Counted from the first letter of the stretch, positions 17,274-26,596 are shown. The stretch is 64,000 bases of DNA from a virus (IMGVR_UViG_3300010413_000005:32001-96000), one strand, 5' to 3'. Program-made: numbers and translations. The notes: generated from the sequence alone by a model not told the origin.

Positions 17274-18258
17274 CGCCTACTCCCTTTTTCCTCCAACCCC
17301 AATGCTTAGCCAAATCGTACGCTTGCTCCATGACGACGTCGACGGTGGCGCGCGGATTCCAACTCGCGAACCGACCCAACGGCGCGACTCTTTCCGGCCA
17401 TTGAGGAGGTTCCGCCAATGGTAGCAAATGCCCTTTCATATTCCTTTTCCATTCCAGTATTTCGAATCCGTTGGGGAATAGAAAATTCAAATCAGAATAA
17501 ACTCCTGATTCGTTCATTTCTCCGGATACTTCACACGAATAGAATCCGTCTACGTATGACAACCTGTGTATGGAATTTCCCGGAGTGTACGGTGTGTAAA
17601 CGTAATCCCAACGAACGTACGGATTGCCTACCGGTTTCACGTTTATCAAATGCAAGGCCATCGCCGTAGAATCGGGAAAGTGTTCGAAATGTCCTATCTT
17701 TTTGATGATCCACAACGGTATGGTGAATACCAAATAATCGAAATCGAACGTAACGGCGTTGGTGTTTATCGCGATTCCGGCGTCAAGAGAGAACGTAGCT
17801 ATAGCGCTATTGTTTATATTGGCTCGTTTGCCCAATTCTTCTATCAACGCGTTCAAATCACATCTCATGCCCTTTTTCGTGTTACCGGAGAACGGATCGT
17901 TCATGCACTTGGTAGAGAATTCGCTGGGTTCCATCTTGCGCGTTTTTACGTAATGATCGTGCTGTATACGCTCAAACGCCTTCCGTCCTACTTTCTGCAT
18001 GTGTTTACGATAGTCCTTGACTTCTCCTTGTAAGTGTATCCCTCCCTTTATGGTGAAGTTGCTGTACGCCAAACCGAGTTCTCCGAGCATCGATCTGATC
18101 AGATTACTTTTGTGTAGATACTTCAATCCTCCAGAGGAGAACTCTCCTCCCAATTTGTTGGGTTCGAATACCGTCACTTCGATATCGTAAAATTGATTGA
18201 AAACGTAAGACGCGACCAACCCGGAGATTCCTCCTCCTACCACAATTACTTTTTTCAT
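17263..18258 (-). CDS. FAD-dependent oxidoreductase (UDP-galactopyranose mutase / protoporphyrinogen oxidase-like fold)
   Basis: Rossmann VIVVGGGISGL, FE...LGG, C-terminal LGRFASW. Confidence 0.85.
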   Translation of the reverse strand: MKKVIVVGGGISGLVASYVFNQFYDIEVTVFEPNKLGGEFSSGGLKYLHKSNLIRSMLGELGLAYSNFTIKGGIHLQGEVKDYRKHMQKVGRKAFERIQHDHYVKTRKMEPSEFSTKCMNDPFSGNTKKGMRCDLNALIEELGKRANINNSAIATFSLDAGIAINTNAVTFDFDYLVFTIPLWIIKKIGHFEHFPDSTAMALHLINVKPVGNPYVRWDYVYTPYTPGNSIHRLSYVDGFYSCEVSGEMNESGVYSDLNFLFPNGFEILEWKRNMKGHLLPLAEPPQWPERVAPLGRFASWNPRATVDVVMEQAYDLAKHWGWRKKGVGDGK

Positions 18259-18311
18259 AAAACGTCCTTAAATACAAAACGCCCACCACGGCCGGAGATC
18301 GAAGCAGCCAT
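18255..18311 (-). CDS. Putative 18-aa leader peptide (uORF)
   Basis: GGAGG 9 nt before ATG; MAASISGRGGRFVFKDVL*; its TGA overlaps the ATG of the flavoprotein gene (ATGA). Confidence 0.4.
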   Translation of the reverse strand: MAASISGRGGRFVFKDVL

Positions 18312-18323
18312 AGCAGGCGCCCT
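18276..18323 (-). promoter_or_regulatory. Strand-specific 19-bp G.U-rich RNA hairpin followed by U-tract (terminator/attenuator-like)
   Basis: Minus-strand RNA AGGGCGCCUGCUAUGGCUG-CUUCGAUCUC-CGGCCGUGGUGGGCGUUUU then GUAUUU; uninterrupted pairing with 8 G.U pairs. Confidence 0.7.
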
Positions 18324-18324
18324 C

Positions 18325-19209
18325 CTAAACACGATTCGAAACCTCGTCCAAATCGGTTCCGGAAGGTGACCCTATGATACCTTCACCGATGAATCTACAT
18401 ATAATTTCTGCTACTATGGCTATCCCTTCTATATCCATTTTTCCAGTTTTGGTGATGAACTTGCCATCCGAAAATTCTATCAAAAACAGCTTTTCTATTT
18501 CTCCTTTTCGAAAACATTCCAGAGGAGCAGCTATCCTAATTTCAGCCTTTCTGATGCGTATGGATGGACAAATAGCGGCGACCGCTACGCGGCGATTCTT
18601 AGGCAACTCCAAATACACAGACATGTAACGGCTGTTCTTCATCCTATCGATTACCACCAAATCTCCGACCGAAGCGTTTTTGGATCGCGAAATTCTCTTG
18701 CCGGAAATATTGGACAACCTTTGGAAGAATCTCATACAGAAATCTCGCGCTCGATCCAATGCGTCGCTGGCAGCCGTTCTTTTGGATTCGGTGATTTTCT
18801 TTTTCGTGCTATCGTCCATCGGAGACGCTTTACGCAAAGACGTAACGTTTTTACGCCTTTTGGCTTTCACCGCGGAAACCTCCGGTTTTGATTTTGTAAT
18901 TCTGCCATTTACTATTCCCCAAGCTTCGATAGTCTTGTTCAACAACGCTATCAAATCTTCGTCTTCCAAATGTGTGAAACAATACGTTCGGCGATCTCCG
19001 TCTTCGTCGGTGATTCTTTCGCGTCGCATGTAATTGGATACTCTGAGACTATTCGATTTGCAATGTTTCCTCAACGCAACACATCGATTCCTCATCACGC
19101 AAGGCATCTTATCGATCGGAGAATCTCCTTTTCGTTCTCCGTCGCATTGCGTATCTTTACGGGAATAATACCCGAAACATCTAGGGTACTTTTTTTTGTT
19201 TTCGAGCAT
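18325..19209 (-). CDS. Hypothetical basic protein with Cys-rich N-terminus
   Basis: 294 aa; CFG..C..C...C cluster; overlaps the end of the sigma-like gene. Confidence 0.7.
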   Translation of the reverse strand: MLENKKKYPRCFGYYSRKDTQCDGERKGDSPIDKMPCVMRNRCVALRKHCKSNSLRVSNYMRRERITDEDGDRRTYCFTHLEDEDLIALLNKTIEAWGIVNGRITKSKPEVSAVKAKRRKNVTSLRKASPMDDSTKKKITESKRTAASDALDRARDFCMRFFQRLSNISGKRISRSKNASVGDLVVIDRMKNSRYMSVYLELPKNRRVAVAAICPSIRIRKAEIRIAAPLECFRKGEIEKLFLIEFSDGKFITKTGKMDIEGIAIVAEIICRFIGEGIIGSPSGTDLDEVSNRV

Positions 19210-20209
19210 CTGAAAGCTTTTTTACCAGTTGTGAATACCAAGTCACGTAATCTGACACATATTTCCAAGTGTATTCAGCTCCTGAAACACCTCCTGTAAT
19301 CAAATTGTATTTACCCTCTAAAACCAAAGTCTTATGAATCTTTCCCTTCTTCAAGAACAGTACCGCTCCCCAATGGTAGTAATGAACCTCTCTCGCCCAT
19401 TCTCCGGCCGATTGGATATCCCTGGCCGGATCGTTAGGTCTGGGATCAAGATTGCGTTTCTTGATTATCTTTCTGACGAAATCGTAATCGAATTTGTTAT
19501 TCTTGCTTAGGTGTATCATGGGCCAAGTACCCTTGTCTATATATATCTGTGATATCTCGGGAAATTCTGATTCTGCCAGATACGTAAACGCCCTCCTGAT
19601 TCGTAGGCTGGAATAGTCGACCGCGTTCTTGCTCACACCGATATACTTGGCTATCAATCCGTTGGTCATCTCGGATTCGCCTTCGTTGTCCATGAAAATC
19701 ATGAACGCCTCCGGTGGATGACACATGATATCCAAAACGGTCCGATCTCGTTCGCACAACTTGTTTCTCAATTTCATTTTCAATTCCAGGCGACGCTGGT
19801 TGTCTTCGGATTGTTCGTAAACGGAATACGGATCCGGGATGTCTCCCTTGATAGTTTCTCCGGATTGCTCGGCCATCTCTTCTATCGAGACTAACTGCCA
19901 AGCCTGTTTGGAAACTATCATCCGTCCGTTTCTTTCTTGAACTACGTGCGGAACCTTGGAATTGGTCATAGAATTCTGTATTATTCTTATGGCTTCGTAT
20001 CTCAAAACCTTACTGACGAATCTGTGGAATTTACCTCTTCCGGCGTTGAAATCGTACGAATCGAAACACCTCTGAAACATGGCCACGCGCAATTCTTGCA
20101 TTGCGTCGTCGAACGGGATACCGGAAGCGATGTTGATTTTTCTAGCGTGCGTTTTCAGAATTGGCCATACGTGCTTTTCCAAATCCGCGTACAATTCTTG
20201 TAAAACCAT
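19181..20209 (-). CDS. RNA polymerase sigma-70-family-like factor
   Basis: Region 2-like DDAMQELRVAMF..FDSYDFNAGRGKFHRFV; region 4 HTH-like NGLIAKYIGVSKNAV; start moved to ATG 20209 (RBS GGGAG). Confidence 0.7.
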   Translation of the reverse strand: MVLQELYADLEKHVWPILKTHARKINIASGIPFDDAMQELRVAMFQRCFDSYDFNAGRGKFHRFVSKVLRYEAIRIIQNSMTNSKVPHVVQERNGRMIVSKQAWQLVSIEEMAEQSGETIKGDIPDPYSVYEQSEDNQRRLELKMKLRNKLCERDRTVLDIMCHPPEAFMIFMDNEGESEMTNGLIAKYIGVSKNAVDYSSLRIRRAFTYLAESEFPEISQIYIDKGTWPMIHLSKNNKFDYDFVRKIIKKRNLDPRPNDPARDIQSAGEWAREVHYYHWGAVLFLKKGKIHKTLVLEGKYNLITGGVSGAEYTWKYVSDYVTWYSQLVKKLSDARKQKKVP

Positions 20210-21824
20210 TTCGATCTCCCTTTTTACCGAACAACTTCTTTCCCAGACCACTGTACAAAGCCAAGGGTAAATCATCCAATTTCATTATCGCGGAACAAAC
20301 GGCTCCGGTTTTCTGATTGTAAAATGCGGCCACATCTATAGTAAGCACGCCTATGGATATCACTTCTATTCCGGATTTCGTTATCGTTTCCACAGATTCA
20401 GCCAAATGGTTGGCTAAAATACCACTGTCGCATCCGTACGCCAAGGGCGCTCCGTCCGACAATACAATCAACACTTTGCGCTTTTCTTGTCGCACTATCA
20501 AACGTTTAGCAGCAGACAAAATCGCTTCTCCGTCCGCGTTATCCATGTATCCGTCGATGAAAGAGAATCTACTTCTGCACACATTTAGTCTTTCATCGAA
20601 TTCCTTGAATACTATGTAATCGAACGGCGCTCGAGCCTGATATATCTCGTCTTCGAAGTTGATTCCCTTCGGATATCTTTCCACATTGTTGTGAAATCCC
20701 AATACTTCAAACGGGATTCCCAATCTCTCTATGGTGTCGGATAATCCTACGGCGGATACTCTTACGTGCCAAGCCTTGGTCTTTTTCTTTTTCGCCTTGC
20801 CCATGGAACCGGACAAGTCAATCAAAATCAATATCGCTGTTGAAGTATCGACCGGAGCTCCGCGTTCATAATGCACGTTTCGATTACCGGTTATGACCGA
20901 ATGTAGAGAAGAAGAATCCAGAAATCCGCTATCTCGGTCGCCGATCGGAGCGCGTTCCTTTTCCGCTCTCATTGTTTCGATAATCGCCCTGCGCATCGCC
21001 GAAGCATTCTTCTTCGTTTCTGACAAGTCGGATACGAACGTGGACGCGTTTCCGGTAGTCGGTTTCACCCAACGGTCCATGGCCAAACAATCCGGATGCG
21101 GAATGTATCTGCCATTCTTCAACACGTCGTTCTTTGATTCCTGTTCGATTTTGTCTTTCAATCGCGATTTGAAATCGAAAGATTGCTCTCCGGCCGGAGG
21201 GATGAACGAAATCATAGGAGATATCTTCTTGGCCAATTCGTATGTACTTTCGGAATCGGCAAGCGATTTCACAGACAAAAACATCTCAGATATCGGTTCG
21301 TATTCGGATCTAACGTGATCCGGAATCCACCTCAAATCCAGATTCAACCCGTCGGATATCGCTGCGCACAAAAGCATTTTGAAGTCGGACAATTCTCCGG
21401 CCTTGGATTGCTTCTCTAACAACTTCGACGCCTCATTGTTGGAGAAATCCAGATTGTCTTTCATTCCCGGATAAATCGCGCCGTATTTCAATTCTATTCT
21501 GATGTCTTCCAAAGCGTTGAATGCCGACTTCACTTTCACGTCGGATTCGTTTTTGTACAGATCTACGGCGCCCCTCAAACCGCGATTCTTGGAATACACT
21601 TCTTCGGCCGCGTGACACAATTCGTGATCCAGTTCTCCGTTCAACGCGCGCATTGAGGACTTGCCCAGTTTGTCCGAATTGTAAGGCAATCTTATCACGG
21701 TTCCGTCGAAATCACAACGGCATCCGGTCATTTCCACTGATACGTGGTAATTGTTCGATATCGCGCGCGCTATGTTAGCGAACGGAGTCTCCAGCTTCCG
21801 GAGGTGTTGAACAGATTTTTTCAA
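20142..21824 (-). CDS. CobT-like VWA-domain protein
   Basis: N-terminal HELCH and NALEDIRIE; MIDAS IDLSGSM, NADGEAI, VLSDGAP. Confidence 0.85.
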   Translation of the reverse strand: MKKSVQHLRKLETPFANIARAISNNYHVSVEMTGCRCDFDGTVIRLPYNSDKLGKSSMRALNGELDHELCHAAEEVYSKNRGLRGAVDLYKNESDVKVKSAFNALEDIRIELKYGAIYPGMKDNLDFSNNEASKLLEKQSKAGELSDFKMLLCAAISDGLNLDLRWIPDHVRSEYEPISEMFLSVKSLADSESTYELAKKISPMISFIPPAGEQSFDFKSRLKDKIEQESKNDVLKNGRYIPHPDCLAMDRWVKPTTGNASTFVSDLSETKKNASAMRRAIIETMRAEKERAPIGDRDSGFLDSSSLHSVITGNRNVHYERGAPVDTSTAILILIDLSGSMGKAKKKKTKAWHVRVSAVGLSDTIERLGIPFEVLGFHNNVERYPKGINFEDEIYQARAPFDYIVFKEFDERLNVCRSRFSFIDGYMDNADGEAILSAAKRLIVRQEKRKVLIVLSDGAPLAYGCDSGILANHLAESVETITKSGIEVISIGVLTIDVAAFYNQKTGAVCSAIMKLDDLPLALYSGLGKKLFGKKGDRNGFTRIVRGFGKARMANSENAR

Positions 21825-22936
21825 GTAGTTCCTCCGAAATGTCTCTGTACCAATCCGCCTACGAAAACGGAATCCGAAGCGTCCATCTTATTCAATATGG
21901 TGATTCGCGCCGCTCGAGTTACATCTTTCAGTTTCAAATTTTTGCGCGACCATTCGATCAACGACCGAGTTGAAATGGACGAATAGCAATCTCCTCTACT
22001 GCAAGACTCTCTAACCATGTTGGCCAATCTGACCATCTTGGTCGCCGTTCGGTCGTCTATTCCCTTACACCGCTTCATCAATATGGATTTTTCCACTTTC
22101 GGACTCGGGAACGTCATATATATCACGACTCCGAACCGATCGACGAATGACTCTTTTTGAGGCAAATCATTACATGTAGCGATGATTCTGAAATTGGGAT
22201 CGAATTCGATCGATCTGCCTCCGTCTCCGGTGATTACCAGCTGGCGAGGTTTGGTCATGGCGGTGTACAACGAAAACGATATGTGTCCGGGCATCGCTTC
22301 GACTTCTTCCAACAGTAGCCAATAACCGCGATCGGCCGATATCGGTAGCGAACCGTCAAACCATTCGGTTTTTGATTGCCCGGTCTTCTTGTCGATGGTC
22401 ACACCCTTTTCTCCGATGAATTCGGCTTTGCGCATATCCCCATCGTTTTGTACCCTCAATACCGGTTGATTGCAGATCGAAGCCAACTCCATAACCAGGG
22501 TGGATTTACCGACTCCGACCGGTCCGTGTATCAGAACATTGTCGTCATCTTCGATTCCCAAAGACAACTCCTCAAGATGACCCGCTTCTCGATCTGATAT
22601 GATCCATTCCGGATCATGTATCGGAACCATTTTGGAATCTCTCTCCGAGAGCTCTCTTTTGAAAGAAGGACTCGCAGCCCCTATTCTGAATACTGTAAAA
22701 GATGATCCGGTTCCCGGATCGACTCCGATTATGTTATGGCGACTTGCCTCTTTGCGCAATTGGTGCGCTGCGTCGCTGACCGTCGGAGCTCCGGGATACT
22801 TGTTCAGATACGCGATGACGTCCATATCGTGTTTCTTGTTCACGTGGACGTCTAATCGATGATACCATTGTCCGCATTCTTTACACTGTATTTTTTTGCG
22901 GCCTTTTCCGTCAATGCTGCTAGTAGGATCTCCCAT
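21821..22936 (-). CDS. CobS/MoxR-like AAA+ ATPase with N-terminal C2H2 zinc finger
   Basis: CKEC...H...H; Walker A GPVGVGKS; LLLEE; FRIIATCN; DRF; ISTRSL. Confidence 0.88.
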   Translation of the reverse strand: MGDPTSSIDGKGRKKIQCKECGQWYHRLDVHVNKKHDMDVIAYLNKYPGAPTVSDAAHQLRKEASRHNIIGVDPGTGSSFTVFRIGAASPSFKRELSERDSKMVPIHDPEWIISDREAGHLEELSLGIEDDDNVLIHGPVGVGKSTLVMELASICNQPVLRVQNDGDMRKAEFIGEKGVTIDKKTGQSKTEWFDGSLPISADRGYWLLLEEVEAMPGHISFSLYTAMTKPRQLVITGDGGRSIEFDPNFRIIATCNDLPQKESFVDRFGVVIYMTFPSPKVEKSILMKRCKGIDDRTATKMVRLANMVRESCSRGDCYSSISTRSLIEWSRKNLKLKDVTRAARITILNKMDASDSVFVGGLVQRHFGGTT

Positions 22937-22945
22937 ATCTTTTTG

Positions 22946-22974
22946 AATATAATCCGCGTTTTTACGGAAGGCAA
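22946..22974 (-). promoter_or_regulatory. Sigma70-like promoter upstream of the cobS-like gene
   Basis: TTGCCT-N17-TATATT in the 48-bp intergenic gap; ATG lies only ~10 nt past the -10 box. Confidence 0.55.
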
Positions 22975-22984
22975 GTGTATTTTA

Positions 22985-24007
22985 TCAGATTTTTATGTAT
23001 ATTTCTCCGAGAGCGTTTATCCTATCCCTCAGAGCTGATACATATTCCTTACGATCTCCTGTGAATTTCTTGGCCTTTTCTATGGTTTCCATAGCTTGAT
23101 CAAGATTGGATTTTCCCGGATCTATTCCGTCCGGTAATCTGCCGATGTACACGTTCCGGAAATGAGATGATAAGCGTTCCGCGACCTTGAACGGCGCCGT
23201 TTTCTCTTCCGGATCGAGCACTACGGTAACTCCGCACAATTCGTCCAGCCTGCACAGCAAATCAAACTGCTCGTCGTGAAGAACCTTGCCTCCCAGCCCT
23301 ATCGTTGGAATGCCGTGTTGATTGAATATAACAGCATCTATCGGTCCTTCAACCACACAGAAATCGGTAGCGCCCAATTTCGCGATGTCCCAACCTATCA
23401 AAAGTCGTTTGTGGTCTATTCCCTTTGGATTGAGATATTTTGGTTCCAGTTCTCCGGTCATATCCCGAGATGTGAACGATTGCCCGTTGGGACAAACTAT
23501 CGGAATGATCAGTCTGTTCCTATATCTTCCACGAGTGCAATATCCCATGTTCCATGCGCGCGCGGTGTATGATTTGATTCTTCTACTCTTCAAATACTTC
23601 GGAAGTCTCCATTTGCCTTTTCGATAAATCGGCTTCATCTCGCTGGGCAGCTCCGCCATTACGTCGCCGTCCGGTAATTCGTCGTCGTCTTCGGATATCC
23701 TCAGAGATGCTATCCTACTCTTCAACGTTTCCAGGTCATCTCTGCGTCGAAACTGAACAGCTTGGCGAAATACCAATCTGACCGCTTCTTCCCAAGATAT
23801 GCCCTCCGCGGTCGCTACCAACCCGAACACGCTGTTGCCTCTGAAATCGCACTTGAAACAAACATATTTTCCGGAACGCGTATTGAAGTAGAACGAACCG
23901 AACTTGCCGCAGGCCGGACAAACTGCGGTCATCTCGTCGCCGGTTGAAGGTTTACAACGATCTAATCGGGATTCACCCCAAGAGCGTATATCAAACCCCT
24001 TGCTCAT
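22985..24007 (-). CDS. dnaG: DNA primase (Zn finger + TOPRIM)
   Basis: CPAC...CFKC, NRLIIPI, PKYLNP, VVEGPIDA, LDPE, DPG. Confidence 0.92.
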   Translation of the reverse strand: MSKGFDIRSWGESRLDRCKPSTGDEMTAVCPACGKFGSFYFNTRSGKYVCFKCDFRGNSVFGLVATAEGISWEEAVRLVFRQAVQFRRRDDLETLKSRIASLRISEDDDELPDGDVMAELPSEMKPIYRKGKWRLPKYLKSRRIKSYTARAWNMGYCTRGRYRNRLIIPIVCPNGQSFTSRDMTGELEPKYLNPKGIDHKRLLIGWDIAKLGATDFCVVEGPIDAVIFNQHGIPTIGLGGKVLHDEQFDLLCRLDELCGVTVVLDPEEKTAPFKVAERLSSHFRNVYIGRLPDGIDPGKSNLDQAMETIEKAKKFTGDRKEYVSALRDRINALGEIYIKI

Positions 24008-24317
24008 GATCTCCGATTACTTTGTCCACCAATTTCTTGAACATATTTCGTCGCTTTTGGTATTCCGGTTTGGATGGATCGTTGTTCGGACCCATCCACT
24101 TTTTCGGATCTCTGTCCAGCGCTCGTTTGATTCGTCTAAACGATTCCGACCACTCGAACTTCGCCGATGTCACGTTGCCCGTAGTCGCCAATTTGCGTAG
24201 CGACATACGATCGAAAGAACCCAAGGAATCCAAAGCCAACATAGCCCAATAGCATTCGTCGTAAGTAGGCTTTTTTCCGCTTTTTGCCGCTTCTATGATT
24301 TCGAATAGCGTTCTCAT
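23991..24317 (-). CDS. Hypothetical protein
   Basis: 108 aa, overlap-coupled on both sides. Confidence 0.7.
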   Translation of the reverse strand: MRTLFEIIEAAKSGKKPTYDECYWAMLALDSLGSFDRMSLRKLATTGNVTSAKFEWSESFRRIKRALDRDPKKWMGPNNDPSKPEYQKRRNMFKKLVDKVIGDHEQGV

Positions 24318-24535
24318 TTCTTATCCCTGGCTATCCATGTGCGCAATTCTCTGCCGACCAATTCGGTGGCTTCCGTGTATCCGAATCCGCCTCTTTCCGC
24401 GATTCGTTCGGCGCTTTGTCCGCAATGATATTTCTTATCATAAGCCAACCAAATTTCCAAATGCTCTTCCCAAGAAATGGTTCCTCTCGGATGTCCGTTT
24501 TCAGCCTGTATCGGTGCACGTTTTTGTTCGCTCAT
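24314..24535 (-). CDS. Hypothetical protein
   Basis: 73 aa, ATGA overlaps; QSAERIAERGGFG motif. Confidence 0.7.
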   Translation of the reverse strand: MSEQKRAPIQAENGHPRGTISWEEHLEIWLAYDKKYHCGQSAERIAERGGFGYTEATELVGRELRTWIARDKK

Positions 24536-25932
24536 CTTCTGTCCTCAACTTCCTTCTCCCGGATTCTCATCTTGTGATATTCAGCGAGCGCCGGAACGAT
24601 CTTGCCGGATTCTCCGTCGCGATGTTTCGCTATGAACAAATCGAGCGCTTTCTCCGGTCCTTCTTCCGGAGCTTCAAATTCCTCGTCAATCTCTTCGTCG
24701 TCTTCGGTGACCTTGACTTCTTTCTTCCTGTTCTGTTTGCCGTAATCCGGATCGTTCACGCTGATAATCAAGTCGGCAATTCGAGCCTTGTCGTAGCTTT
24801 CGGCCGTCCCTTCAGCCATAGCCGTTTTATCAGCCCACTGAGAACCAGCGTGAACGCTGGAATATATGGCGTATCCTTCGTCTTCTCCTAACCCCTTGGC
24901 TCTCCAATAAACCTCAGATTGCTGCAGCCGAAATTTCTCTCCTCTCATATTCGTGGCCAATATGTGATCCAACGAATCGAAACAAATCAACTTCGGCCGC
25001 CAACCGTCGAATTGTTCTTTCAAATCCTCCAAAAGCGTAATCACGTCTTCGAACGTTGCGGACCGGACCGGGAACGAGGCGATTTTCAATTTGTTATTGA
25101 ACTTCTTGGCCATCTTTTTGTAGCGCTTATCGATGGCTCGAGCGTCCTGCGGTGTGAGATTGTAACCCTTCAAATCCTTGTAGTTCATTCCCAACCACAA
25201 AGCATCAGCTCGAGTCGCGACCTGGCGCGCCGGCATTTCGAACGGTATCACAAGAGTCTCATATCCCTGCTTTATCGAGTGGTACGCCAGATTGTTGAGA
25301 GCGATCGATTTGCCTTTACCGGTCGTTCCCATTATCAGACCCAACTCTCCTATTCGCAACCCCTTTGTTATATTGTCTATCGTCTTCCATCCGGTCATTA
25401 TCGCTGTTACTTCGTCCGGATGTTCTCTTTCGTATTTTCTGGCGTCTTGACGATCGTAAAACTCCTCTACCCAATTGATCAGAGTGTACTTTCTCTCCTC
25501 AACTTTCTTTTTGCTGGCTTCTCCGAAAACCTTGTAAACGTCGTCCAAGTCTCCGTCTTCGAGATGTTTTGCCCCCTGTTCCAAAGCCAGCTGCGCGTTT
25601 ACATACAAAACGAATTTCTTCAATCGCTCGAGCGCCAATTTCGGATTATCCGCGCGTTTCTTGGCTATCCTCTTCACCGCTTGCAGATGGGATAGTCTCT
25701 CCTCTTGTTTCCTGCGGAAGTTCTCCTTGGCTATGGCCATGTACATTTTCGGAGTCGGAGTCTCTCCGAATTGCGTCAAAGAGTATCTCAACACGCTCCA
25801 AATCCAAGAGCGCTCCTTGCTTCCGAAATGATGAGCGTCGCAGATCCGGATGGCCTGTTTCGCGTACGCCTTGTCGCGCATCGCACAAGCTAAGATGGTT
25901 TCTTCAAACTCTTTATCGAACTTACGATCCAT
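24532..25932 (-). CDS. dnaB: Replicative DnaB-family helicase
   Basis: TGWKTID..TKGLRIGEL, GTTGKGKS, FEMP, FDSLD, ADLII, IAKHRDGE. Confidence 0.92.
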   Translation of the reverse strand: MDRKFDKEFEETILACAMRDKAYAKQAIRICDAHHFGSKERSWIWSVLRYSLTQFGETPTPKMYMAIAKENFRRKQEERLSHLQAVKRIAKKRADNPKLALERLKKFVLYVNAQLALEQGAKHLEDGDLDDVYKVFGEASKKKVEERKYTLINWVEEFYDRQDARKYEREHPDEVTAIMTGWKTIDNITKGLRIGELGLIMGTTGKGKSIALNNLAYHSIKQGYETLVIPFEMPARQVATRADALWLGMNYKDLKGYNLTPQDARAIDKRYKKMAKKFNNKLKIASFPVRSATFEDVITLLEDLKEQFDGWRPKLICFDSLDHILATNMRGEKFRLQQSEVYWRAKGLGEDEGYAIYSSVHAGSQWADKTAMAEGTAESYDKARIADLIISVNDPDYGKQNRKKEVKVTEDDEEIDEEFEAPEEGPEKALDLFIAKHRDGESGKIVPALAEYHKMRIREKEVEDRR

Positions 25933-26596
25933 TATATCCCATAGATTTGGACATTTCTGTTGCTTCTTTGGTTCTGTAATCTCCTCCTAACATTTCCACT
26001 GTTTTATATTTCCCAGTAAGCATTGAGCTGATCGTCGGACCGTACGATTCACGCAGATCCTTTTCACTGAGATTGGAAGCCAACAACGTAGGGAAAGCGT
26101 TGTCGTATCTGTTCTTCAACAGAGCTTCCAAACGAGAAGCCAAGAACCCACTTTTCGAAGTGTGCTCTTTGCCCAGCTCGTCTATGAACAGAAAATCGGA
26201 GTTCAAACAATATCGCAACAGTTCGGCCGCGACCGGACTGTCGAATCCGATTTTGATATTGGTATCCAAATCGCTCAAAGTGGTGTAATAAATCCTGTAC
26301 CCTACTCGGACCGCTCTTCCCAAGATGTAACAGCCGAACATGGTTTTTCCGTTGCCGTTATCGCCCACGAATAGCAATCCGTATCCATTGTTGTACGCTC
26401 TGTGTAGTTTATTCTTGTATTTGAGCACTACCGACTGAAAGATATCCACGTTGTGTGTGACGTCCGACGATTTGACGTACCAATGAATCGATGGAACACA
26501 ACCCCTGTAAAGAGCCAAGTCGTATCTGTGTTTTGAGTTCTTCAGGTTGTATTTTCTGTCCATCGCGAACGATAGGACTTCGCTATCACTTCTCAT
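25922..26596 (-). CDS. DnaC/IstB-like helicase loader
   Basis: GLLFVGDNGNGKT, FLFIDELGKE, RY...PTLLASNL; between initiator and DnaB. Confidence 0.88.
   Translation of the reverse strand: MRSDSEVLSFAMDRKYNLKNSKHRYDLALYRGCVPSIHWYVKSSDVTHNVDIFQSVVLKYKNKLHRAYNNGYGLLFVGDNGNGKTMFGCYILGRAVRVGYRIYYTTLSDLDTNIKIGFDSPVAAELLRYCLNSDFLFIDELGKEHTSKSGFLASRLEALLKNRYDNAFPTLLASNLSEKDLRESYGPTISSMLTGKYKTVEMLGGDYRTKEATEMSKSMGYNGS

Noticed and set aside
20142-22936. Cobalamin biosynthesis
   Set aside because: No CobN or other cob genes; CobS/CobT-like pairs are common in phages without that role.
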